From Clostridia bacterium (GTDB lineage Bacteria > Bacillota > Clostridia > Oscillospirales > QAKW01): DNA of 64,000 nucleotides. The stretch is taken from NCBI GenBank assembly GCA_017560905.1, contig JAFZEA010000023.1, positions 8,718 through 72,717 on the forward strand, read 5' to 3'. Positions 18,644 to 26,471 of the stretch are shown piece by piece. The notes under the pieces are model-generated. The model saw nothing but the letters and a program-made list of their open reading frames with translations. It did not search any database and was not told the DNA's origin. Positions within the stretch are counted from its first letter, which is position 1. Each line of letters begins with the position of its first letter. Both the position numbers and the translations under genes were made by a program.

Positions 18644-19990
18644 GTGAAAAACGAATATTTATTGAGTGTACTGGAAACAGTCAAAAAGAGAAATCCCGGC
18701 GAGCCCGAGTTTATCCAGGCCGTAACTGAGGTTCTGGAAACTCTGGAGCCTGTTATTGAAAAGCGTCCCGATTTTGTTGAGGCAGGCGTGATCGACCGTA
18801 TGGTCGAGCCCGAGCGTATGATCGTTTTCCGTGTACCGTGGGTGGATGATGCCGGTAAGCCTCAGGTTAACCGCGGCTTCCGTGTTCAGTTCAATTCTGC
18901 GATCGGTCCTTACAAGGGCGGTCTGCGTTTCCATCCTTCCGTTAATGCTTCTATCATCAAGTTTCTGGGCTTTGAGCAGACCTTTAAGAACAGCCTGACC
19001 AGCCTGCCTATGGGCGGCGGTAAGGGCGGTTCCGACTTTGATCCTCGCGGCAAGTCCGACGGTGAGATTATGCGCTTCTGCCAGAGCTTTATGACAGAGT
19101 TGGCCAAGCACATCGGTCCTGACACCGACGTACCTGCAGGTGATATCGGTGTAGGCGCCAGAGAAGTGGGCTATCTCTTTGGCCAGTACAAGAGACTGCG
19201 TAATGAGTTTACCGGCGTTCTCACCGGTAAGGGTCTGCCTTACGGCGGTTCTTTGATCCGTCCTGAGGCTACCGGCTTCGGTGCTGTTTATTATACTGTT
19301 GAACTGCTCAAGTCTGTGGGCGAAGATATTAAGGGTAAGACCTTTGCCGTTTCCGGTTTTGGTAACGTAGCTTGGGGTACTGTTAAGAAGATCACCGAGC
19401 TTGGCGGTAAGGTTGTGACCATCTCCGGTCCCGATGGTTATGTCTACGACGAGAACGGTATCAATACCGATGAGAAGATCGAATTTATGCTCGAAATGCG
19501 CGCTTCCGGTCACGATAAGGTACAGGATTATGCTGACAAGTTCGGCGTACCCTTCTATGCCGGTCAGCGTCCTTGGAACGTTAAGGCTGACGTTGCTATG
19601 CCTTGCGCTACTCAGAACGAGGTTGGTATTGAGGATGCTAAGAATCTGGTTGCCAACGGCGTTAAGTATTACGTTGAGGTTGCCAATATGCCCACTACCG
19701 AAGAGGCCGTTGCTTACTTCAAGGCCAACAACACCATCATCGCTCCCTCCAAGGCTGTTAATGCCGGCGGCGTAGCTGTTTCCGGTCTTGAAATGAGCCA
19801 GAACTCCATGCGTTACAGCTGGACTGCCGAGGAAGTTGATGCCAAGCTGCAGCAGATCATGAAGAACATCTTTGCTTCTTCCGTTGCCGCTGCTACAGAG
19901 TACGGTCTGGATGGCGATCTGATCGCCGGTGCCAACATCGCAGGCTTCCTTAAGGTAGCTGAAGCTATGAAAGCTCAGGGCCACGTATAA
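18644..19990 (+). CDS. gdhA: NADP-specific glutamate dehydrogenase
   Basis: KGGLRFHP and GGGKGGSDFDP motifs. GTG 18644 with gaaggag 8 nt upstream gives 448 aa. The listed 5' extension lacks an RBS and overlaps the promoter. Confidence 0.93.
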   Translation: MKNEYLLSVLETVKKRNPGEPEFIQAVTEVLETLEPVIEKRPDFVEAGVIDRMVEPERMIVFRVPWVDDAGKPQVNRGFRVQFNSAIGPYKGGLRFHPSVNASIIKFLGFEQTFKNSLTSLPMGGGKGGSDFDPRGKSDGEIMRFCQSFMTELAKHIGPDTDVPAGDIGVGAREVGYLFGQYKRLRNEFTGVLTGKGLPYGGSLIRPEATGFGAVYYTVELLKSVGEDIKGKTFAVSGFGNVAWGTVKKITELGGKVVTISGPDGYVYDENGINTDEKIEFMLEMRASGHDKVQDYADKFGVPFYAGQRPWNVKADVAMPCATQNEVGIEDAKNLVANGVKYYVEVANMPTTEEAVAYFKANNTIIAPSKAVNAGGVAVSGLEMSQNSMRYSWTAEEVDAKLQQIMKNIFASSVAAATEYGLDGDLIAGANIAGFLKVAEAMKAQGHV

Positions 19991-20209
19991 ACTCAAAAAG
20001 CACGTATAATTCTGCCGTTGCTCCTGCTTGCATATACATAGTATGCGATGCAGTCGCACTAACGAAATTCTCCGCACTTTTATGAGCTTATAACTCAAAA
20101 AGCACCGCCTTTTCCGTCAACCGCTTTCTGGCGTACACAAAGTACGCCGACGAAAACTGAGTTGACGAAAAAATCGGCACTTTTTCCTGTTCATAAACTA
20201 AAAAAGCAC
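19991..20209. repeat. Three tandem modules of about 103 nt, each opening with ACT[C/A]AAAAAGCAC
   Basis: actcaaaaagcac at 19991-20003 and 20093-20105, and actaaaaaagcac at 20197-20209. Modules 1 and 2 end in gcactttt. Module 2 is a long imperfect palindrome centred near 20137. Confidence 0.7.
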
Positions 20210-20220
20210 AATTTATTTTA

Positions 20221-20252
20221 ATGGGGCAGACCTTCGGGTCTGCCCCATTTGC
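20221..20252 (+). terminator. GC-rich hairpin terminator
   Basis: atggggcagacc (20221-32), ttcg loop, ggtctgccccat (20237-48). The T-tract (atttgc) is weak. Confidence 0.6.
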
Positions 20253-20269
20253 AAAAACAGATTTAAAAA

Positions 20270-20314
20270 TGTCGAAAGTTTATATTGAAAACAGTGTCGA
20301 GATTGTGATATACT
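20270..20314 (+). promoter_or_regulatory. Promoter of the UPF0371 gene with an upstream Spo0A-box-like heptamer
   Basis: TGTCGAA (20270-76), 8 nt, TTGAAA (20285-90), an 18-nt spacer, then TGaTATACT (extended -10, 20306-14). A second near-box, TGTCGAG, lies at 20295-20301. Confidence 0.5.
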
Positions 20315-20347
20315 AATTGTATATTTTTGATTAAAGGGGTGACCTCG

Positions 20348-21826
20348 ATGAAAAAGATAGGTTTCGATAATGAAAAATATCTGAAAATGCAGTCCAGCCA
20401 TATTCTGGAGAGGATTCAGAAGTTTGACGGCAAGCTGTATCTGGAGTTGGGCGGCAAACTGTTTGACGACTATCACGCTTCCCGTGTATTGCCGGGGTTT
20501 GAGCCGGACAGTAAGATCAAGATGCTTTTGCAGCTCAAGGAGCAGGCTGAGGTCATCATTGCCATCAATGCTCAGGATATTGAAAAGAATAAGATCCGTA
20601 GTGATATTGGTATTTCCTATGACAATGACGTAGTGCGACTCATAGATGCATTCCGCGGTATGGGGCTGGTGGTCAGCAGCGTGGTAATGACTCGCTATGC
20701 CGGTCAGTACGCAGCCGACGTTTTTAAGAAAAAACTGGAAAATTTAGGTGTTCAGGTTTATCTTCACTATCCCATTTTGGGGTATCCCAACAACATTCCG
20801 TTGATCGTAAGTGAAGAAGGCTACGGTCGTAACGAATATATTGAAACCACCAAACCGTTGGTAATTGTTACTGCGCCCGGTCCCGGCAGCGGTAAGTTGG
20901 CCACTTGTCTGAGCCAGCTTTACCACGAGCATAAACGAGGTGTACAGGCAGGATATGCAAAGTTTGAAACCTTTCCTATCTGGAACTTATCTCTCAAGCA
21001 CCCTGTGAATCTTGCCTATGAAGCGGCCACCGCTGATCTCAACGATCTCAATATGATCGATCCTTTCCATCTGGAAGCCTACGGGCAAATGACGGTCAAC
21101 TATAACCGTGACGTAGAGGCGTTTCCGTTACTTAAGGCAATGTTGGAGCGCATTTTGGGCGAGAGTCCCTACCAGTCACCTACCGATATGGGTGTCAATA
21201 TGGCGGGTAACTGTATCTTTGACGATGAGGCTGTCTGTGCCGCCGCCAAAGAGGAGATCATTCGCCGTTATTATAAAGTTAAATGTGATAATCTGTTGGG
21301 CGCTGTCACCGAGAGCGCTGTGGTCAAGGCTGAGAGTATTATGCGCCAGGCCAAGGTCACTACCGATGATCGTCCCGTGGTCAAGGCCGCTTTGCAAAAA
21401 GCAGACCTCACCGGTGTACACGCAGTAGCGTTTCAACTGCAGGACGGCACCATTGTAACCGGTAAGACCAGTAATTTGCTGGGTTCCCTGTCTGCGGCGC
21501 TGCTCAACGCTATGAAGGTTATGGCAGGCATTGATGATGAAGTGCTGCTGATCGCACAGGCGCATATTGAGCCGATCGTCAAACTGAAAAGAGAGATCTT
21601 TCATTCTGCATATTCGCACCTTGATTCCAATGAGATGCTGATTGCACTGTCTTCATCTGCAGGTGTCAATCCTCAGGCCCGTAAGGCACTGGATCAGATT
21701 TCCGCCCTGCGGGGTACAGAACTTCATTCCTCGGTGATGCTGTGCGATGCGGACGAACAGGTGCTCAAAAAGCTCGGTGTCAACTACACCTGCGAGCCGG
21801 TACGAAGAACCAAAAAATTATATTAA
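20348..21826 (+). CDS. UPF0371/DUF1846 family protein
   Basis: The N-terminus MKKIGFDNEKYLKMQSSHILERI and a length of about 492 aa match my memory of this conserved Firmicute family. ATG 20348 follows the aaagggg RBS. Confidence 0.75.
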   Translation: MKKIGFDNEKYLKMQSSHILERIQKFDGKLYLELGGKLFDDYHASRVLPGFEPDSKIKMLLQLKEQAEVIIAINAQDIEKNKIRSDIGISYDNDVVRLIDAFRGMGLVVSSVVMTRYAGQYAADVFKKKLENLGVQVYLHYPILGYPNNIPLIVSEEGYGRNEYIETTKPLVIVTAPGPGSGKLATCLSQLYHEHKRGVQAGYAKFETFPIWNLSLKHPVNLAYEAATADLNDLNMIDPFHLEAYGQMTVNYNRDVEAFPLLKAMLERILGESPYQSPTDMGVNMAGNCIFDDEAVCAAAKEEIIRRYYKVKCDNLLGAVTESAVVKAESIMRQAKVTTDDRPVVKAALQKADLTGVHAVAFQLQDGTIVTGKTSNLLGSLSAALLNAMKVMAGIDDEVLLIAQAHIEPIVKLKREIFHSAYSHLDSNEMLIALSSSAGVNPQARKALDQISALRGTELHSSVMLCDADEQVLKKLGVNYTCEPVRRTKKLY

Positions 21827-21828
21827 AT

Positions 21829-21860
21829 CAAAGGGCAAGTTATACTTGCCCTTTATTTTG
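21829..21860 (+). terminator. Rho-independent terminator
   Basis: aagggcaagt (21831-40) pairs with acttgccctt (21844-53), followed by tattttg. Confidence 0.8.
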
Positions 21861-21874
21861 TACTGTGTTGTACA

Positions 21875-22306
21875 TTGCGCTGTATGTTGCCTTTTGTCAG
21901 TACGGCGGCTCAGAGCAAATTTGCCGATACAAAAAGCGACGCTTTTTATTATAGCGCAGTGGAATGGGCAGTAAATGAGAAGATCACCAACGGTGTTTCT
22001 GCCACTCGCTTTGCGCCGGGAGATCAGTGTACCCGTGGGCAGGTGGTAACCTTCCTGTGGCGTGCTGCAGGCTCACCGAAGGTTTCGGGAAAAAATCCGT
22101 TCCGTGATGTTTCAAGTAAAGGCTTTTATTACAAAGCAATGCTGTGGGCGGTGACTGGTACCACAACGGTAGGGGACAGGGAGAAAAAATCTACTACACA
22201 GGTCACACTGAATCCGGAAAGCCATACTAAAGTGCGTGATGTCACGGACGTTACGCAGCAAACATATCGCAAAAACAAACAGACTCATTTGGGCCGGCCC
22301 AAATGA
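21875..22306 (+). pseudogene. Remnant of an SLH-repeat surface protein gene
   Basis: One intact repeat (FADTKSDAFYYSAVEWAVNEKITNGVSATRFAPGDQCTRGQVVTFLWRAAGSP). The second repeat (FRDVSSKGFYYKAMLWAV) breaks off into unrelated sequence. There is no signal peptide and no RBS, and it starts inside the upstream terminator tail. Confidence 0.5.
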
Positions 22307-22325
22307 GTCTGTTGCTTTTTATTTT
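22280..22325. terminator. Bidirectional terminator (perfect 16-bp palindrome)
   Basis: cagactcatttgggcc (22280-95) pairs with ggcccaaatgagtctg (22296-311), followed by ttgctttttatttt. Confidence 0.8.
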
Positions 22326-22726
22326 AATTCATCTAAATAATGGGCACTCGTATCTGCTGTTTTGCCGTTTTCATCGGTGGCGGTGAAGCGGAAGTAAGCG
22401 ATATGTTCCCCGTCTACCTTAAATGAGGCTTGGGTAATCAGCTCATCTGTCTTGGCTACACGTTTTGCCTTTCTTTTGCCGTCGGGATAGGGACGATAGG
22501 CATTGAATTTCAGTTCGTATCCTGTCATCGCCAAAAACTCATCGTCCGTCAACTCGTGATGAGGAATCATCGGACGGTGATCGGTGTAGGCAAGAATGCT
22601 GTAGCCGTGGGACTTGTAATGCTCTTTGAGTTGCTCGGGGGTCAGCGAACCATCGGAAAAGGTGGAATGGCAGTGGAGGTTGGCTTTGTAAAATTATCCG
22701 TTTTCGGGCAACAAATGTTTTTTCAT
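22319..22726 (-). pseudogene. PHP-domain phosphoesterase remnant: in-frame TAA after codon 10 and probable internal deletion
   Basis: The minus-strand reading from ATG 22726-22724 is [49 protein letters not shown]... The stop is the reverse complement of tta at 22694-22696. Total length is about 135 codons, against about 250-300 for intact PHP proteins. The ATG overlaps the metA stop (TAATG). Confidence 0.65.
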
Positions 22727-23646
22727 TACTTTCCCATCTCTTTCAGATCGTAAGGTGTGGTCTGATAAACGTAGTAATTGAGCCAGTTGGAATAGAGCAG
22801 ATTGGCGTGACTGCGCCAGGTCAGCGGGGGCTGTTGGGTATCGTCATTGTCGGGATAATAGTTTTTGGGCATCTCAATGGGCAGCCCTGCATTTTTATCT
22901 CGCAGATACTCGGCTTCCAACGTGGTGGCATCGTACTCGGAGTGACCGGTGACAAACACTTGTCTGCCGCCGTCAGTGGCGACGATATATACACCCGCTT
23001 GCTCACTGGAGGCAAGGATGCGCAGAGCAGGTACCTTTTCAATATCCTCTCTGAGCACGGTGGTGTGTCTGGAGTGAGGCACCATAAATATATCGTCAAA
23101 ACCGCGCAGCAGTATCGACTTTTTGTAATCGGCACGGTGGGGAAAGATACCAAACATCTTTTTGTCCAGCGGATGCTTATCGATACCGTAGTGGTAATAA
23201 AGTCCTGCTTGTGCACCCCAGCAGATGTGGAAGGTGGAGGTGACGTGAGTCTTGCTCCACTCCATAATTTGGCACAGTTCTTCCCAGTATTCCACCTCTT
23301 CAAAGGGCATCTGCTCCACGGGTGCGCCCGTGATGATCATGCCGTCGAAATTCTGATCCTTGACATCGGCAAAGGTCTTGTAAAATGCCAGCATATGCTC
23401 AGCAGAGGTGTTTTTGGAAACGTGGCTTTCCGTGTGGATGAGGGTGAGCTCCACTTGCAGGGGGGAGTTGCCGAGCAGACGTGCCAGCTGTGTTTCCGTC
23501 TCGATCTTTTTGGGCATCAGATTGAGCAGAAGAATTTTTAGCGGACGGATGTCCTGCGTGATGGCACGGGTCTCGGTCATAACAAATATATTTTCATCTG
23601 CCAGCGTTTGTACGGCAGGCAGATCACCGGGTACTTTGATGGGCAT
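22726..23646 (-). CDS. metA: homoserine O-acyltransferase (MetA family)
   Basis: MPIKVP..LPA...L..ENIFVM...[15 protein letters not shown] and the ICWGAQA catalytic Cys region. Confidence 0.93.
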   Translation of the reverse strand: MPIKVPGDLPAVQTLADENIFVMTETRAITQDIRPLKILLLNLMPKKIETETQLARLLGNSPLQVELTLIHTESHVSKNTSAEHMLAFYKTFADVKDQNFDGMIITGAPVEQMPFEEVEYWEELCQIMEWSKTHVTSTFHICWGAQAGLYYHYGIDKHPLDKKMFGIFPHRADYKKSILLRGFDDIFMVPHSRHTTVLREDIEKVPALRILASSEQAGVYIVATDGGRQVFVTGHSEYDATTLEAEYLRDKNAGLPIEMPKNYYPDNDDTQQPPLTWRSHANLLYSNWLNYYVYQTTPYDLKEMGK

Positions 23647-23709
23647 AGATTTTATTCCTTTATAGAAATTTTAAATAAGAAAAAGTTTGCTTATAATGTT
23701 CCTTGTTTT

Positions 23710-24987
23710 CTACAGGCCGAGTGCTTGTTTAATGTCTGCAATGAGATCATCAGAGCTTTCCAGACCGCAGGACAAACGGATCAGATCGGCGCTGACACCT
23801 GCGGCGACCAGCTCCTCGTCGTTCATCTGGCGGTGGGTAGCGTTGGCAGGATGCAGACAACAGCTTCTTGCATCGGCTACGTGGGTCTCGATGGCGATGA
23901 TCTTGAGTTTCTTCATAAACTCCTCAGCTGCTTTACGTCCGCCCTTGACACCGAAGGATACGACACCGCAGCTGCCGTGGGGCAGATATTTTTGCGCCAA
24001 AGCGTAATAGGGAGAGGAGGGAAGCGAGGGGTAGTTGACCCAAGAGATCGCCTCACAACTTTCCAGAAACTCAGCAACGGCCATACCGTTTTCACAGTGG
24101 CGCTGCATACGGACGTGAAGACTCTCCAGTCCCAGATTCAGATAATAGGCATCCTGCGGAGATTGGATGGAGCCCAGATCACGCATCAACTGAGCGGTGG
24201 CCTTGGTAATAAATGCGCCCTCCAGACCGAAACGCTCCACGTAGTTTACTCCGTGATAACTCTCGTCGGGAGTGCACAGACCGGGAAATTTGTCAGCGTA
24301 TTTCATCCAGTCAAATTTACCGCTGTCTACGATACAACCGCCCACGGCAGAACCGTGACCGTCCATATATTTGGTGGTGGAGTGGGTGATGATGTCAGCG
24401 CCCCATTCAAAGGGACGGCAACCCACGGGGGTGGCAAAAGTGTTGTCGATGATCAGCGGCACGCCGTTTTTGTGCGCCATATTGGCCCAACGCTCGATGT
24501 CAAAGACGGTCAGAGCGGGGTTGGCAATGGTCTCGCCGAATACTGCCTTGGTATTGGGGCGAAATGCGGCCTGCAGGTCCTCATCGGTGCAGTCGGGGGA
24601 GAGGAAGGTAAATTCGATACCCATTCTCTTCATCGTTACGGCAAACAGATTGTAGGTGCCGCCGTAGATTGAGGATGAAGAAATGATGTGATCGCCTGCG
24701 GAGGCAATGTTGAATACGGCAAAAAAGCTGGCGGCCTGACCGGAAGAGGTCAGCATAGCGGCCGTGCCGCCCTCCAACTCGCAGATCTTTGCGGCGACGG
24801 TGTCGCAGGTGGGGTTTTGCAGGCGGGAATAAAAGTAACCGCTGGCTTCCAGATCAAAGAGCTTTCCCATTTCCTCACTGGTAGAATATTTGAAGGTGGT
24901 GCTCTGAATAATGGGTACCTGACGGGGCTCGCCGTTACCGGGGGTGTAGCCACCCTGTACGCATTTGGTTTCGATTTTAAGGCTCAT
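23710..24987 (-). CDS. metY: O-acetylhomoserine aminocarboxypropyltransferase (sulfhydrylase), PLP-dependent
   Basis: Cys/Met-metabolism PLP family with the STTKYMDGHG lysine motif. 425 aa, directly upstream of metA. Confidence 0.9.
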   Translation of the reverse strand: MSLKIETKCVQGGYTPGNGEPRQVPIIQSTTFKYSTSEEMGKLFDLEASGYFYSRLQNPTCDTVAAKICELEGGTAAMLTSSGQAASFFAVFNIASAGDHIISSSSIYGGTYNLFAVTMKRMGIEFTFLSPDCTDEDLQAAFRPNTKAVFGETIANPALTVFDIERWANMAHKNGVPLIIDNTFATPVGCRPFEWGADIITHSTTKYMDGHGSAVGGCIVDSGKFDWMKYADKFPGLCTPDESYHGVNYVERFGLEGAFITKATAQLMRDLGSIQSPQDAYYLNLGLESLHVRMQRHCENGMAVAEFLESCEAISWVNYPSLPSSPYYALAQKYLPHGSCGVVSFGVKGGRKAAEEFMKKLKIIAIETHVADARSCCLHPANATHRQMNDEELVAAGVSADLIRLSCGLESSDDLIADIKQALGL

Positions 24988-25033
24988 AATATTTTCCTCC
25001 TTAGAGAGTAAAAACTAAAAAAGATATACAATA

Positions 25034-25062
25034 AATATAACAAATATTACTATCAATGTCAA
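25034..25062 (-). promoter_or_regulatory. sigma-A promoter for metY-metA
   Basis: On the minus strand: TTGACA (reverse complement of 25057-62), a 17-nt spacer, TATATT (reverse complement of 25034-39). The leader is only about 45 nt. Confidence 0.6.
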
Positions 25063-25085
25063 TGCAACTTTTTGTCATTTCTTTG

Positions 25086-25114
25086 TTGACAAAAAGAGGG
25101 GACGGTGATATAAT
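25086..25114 (+). promoter_or_regulatory. sigma-A promoter for the pyr operon
   Basis: TTGACA (25086-91), a 17-nt spacer, then TGaTATAAT (extended -10, 25106-14). Confidence 0.8.
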
Positions 25115-25119
25115 AATTA

Positions 25120-25240
25120 AGAAAAAAACGAGATCTTTAAGATCGATCCAGAGAGGTCGGCAAGGTCCGCTATAGCAAGATACGTATCAGTCGTATCTGT
25201 TTTTTATGCGGTCTTGCTTCGGCAGGACTTTTTCTTTTTT
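25120..25240 (+). promoter_or_regulatory. PyrR-type transcription attenuator (pyr leader)
   Basis: gAUCCAGAGAGGUCgg at 25145-25160 matches the conserved PyrR binding loop (UCCAGAGAGG). Two hairpin-plus-U-tract structures follow: agatacg/cgtatct plus tttttt (25179-25205), and gtcttgc/gcaggac plus tttttctttttt (25211-25240). Confidence 0.75.
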
Positions 25241-25253
25241 GGAGGGTAATATT

Positions 25254-26450
25254 ATGGCGAGCAAAATTTACGGAAAAGAACAATTTGCAGATATGGTATC
25301 TGCTCGTTTGCTCACCCCCGAATTTCGTGATATCTTTTGTGATGAATATACTGTTTTTCCCGGCTTTTGTGACGTGCACGTGCATTTTCGCGAGCCGGGA
25401 TTTTCTTATAAGGAGACTATTTCTTCGGGCAGTGCCGCCGCAGCGGCGGGCGGTTATACCGCAGTTTGTACTATGCCCAATCTCTCCCCCGTGCCGGACA
25501 GCGTGGAGCATATCGGCGAGCAGATCAAGATTATTGAAGAAGACGCCTGCATTCATGTATACCCCTACGCCTCGATTACCGTAGAGCAAAAAGGGGAGCG
25601 TCTTTCCGATATGGAGGGAATGCGGGATATGGCATTTGCCTACTCGGACGACGGCAAGGGCGTGCAGGACGAAGCTCTTATGCGCGCCGCTATGATAAAA
25701 GCCAAAGAGCTCGGCAAAACTATTGTTGCCCACTGCGAGGACAACAGTTTGTTGCTTGGCGGTTACATTCACGATGGCGAATATGCCAAAGCGCACGGAC
25801 ACAGAGGCATTTGCTCGGAGAGCGAATGGCGCCCCATCGAGCGTGATCTCAAACTTGTCAGAGAGATCGGCTGTGCCTATCACGTCTGTCACATCTCCAC
25901 CAAAGAGAGCGTAGAACTTATCAGAAGGGCCAAGGCAAGCGGTGTCAACGTTACATGTGAAACGGGTCCGCATTATCTGGTGATGGACGACACGTTTTTA
26001 CAAGAGGACGGCAGATTTAAGATGAATCCGCCCCTCAGAGCCAAAGAGGACAGACAAGCACTGGTGGCAGGTATGCTGGATGGCACCATTGATATGATCG
26101 CCACCGATCACGCGCCTCATTCCAAAGAGGAAAAGAGCAAGGGGTTGGTGGGCAGTGCTTTTGGTGTAGTAGGACTGGAAACGGCGTTTCCCGTAATGTA
26201 TACCCACTTTGTTCGCACCGGAAAAATCAGTATGGAAAAACTGATGGATCTGTTGGTCTACAATGCAAGAGAGCGATTTGATATTCCCATAGGCGAAGAT
26301 TTCAGTGTGTGGGATCTTAACAAAGAATACACCGTAGACCCCGATACGTTTGTTTCCTGCGGTAAGGCTACGCCCTTTGCCGGAAATAAATTGTTCGGAC
26401 AGTGTATGCTCACCGTCTGCGACGGCAAAATAGTTTACAAAAGAGTTTGA
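25254..26450 (+). CDS. pyrC: dihydroorotase
   Basis: DVHVHFREPG metal motif and ATDHAPH. ATG 25254 follows the ggaggg RBS. The listed upstream extension covers the attenuator. Confidence 0.92.
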   Translation: MASKIYGKEQFADMVSARLLTPEFRDIFCDEYTVFPGFCDVHVHFREPGFSYKETISSGSAAAAAGGYTAVCTMPNLSPVPDSVEHIGEQIKIIEEDACIHVYPYASITVEQKGERLSDMEGMRDMAFAYSDDGKGVQDEALMRAAMIKAKELGKTIVAHCEDNSLLLGGYIHDGEYAKAHGHRGICSESEWRPIERDLKLVREIGCAYHVCHISTKESVELIRRAKASGVNVTCETGPHYLVMDDTFLQEDGRFKMNPPLRAKEDRQALVAGMLDGTIDMIATDHAPHSKEEKSKGLVGSAFGVVGLETAFPVMYTHFVRTGKISMEKLMDLLVYNARERFDIPIGEDFSVWDLNKEYTVDPDTFVSCGKATPFAGNKLFGQCMLTVCDGKIVYKRV

Positions 26451-26471
26451 TATATTAGGAGGAAAACAAAA

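Noticed and set aside
18659-20098. 479-aa ORF on the - strand
   Set aside because: It is antisense to gdhA, whose product carries unmistakable GDH motifs. The antisense translation has no recognisable features.
24988-25085. Expected S-box (SAM) riboswitch or T-box upstream of metY-metA
   Set aside because: The leader between the minus-strand -10 (25034-39) and the ATG (24987) is only about 45 nt and AT-rich. There is no room or sequence for an S-box.
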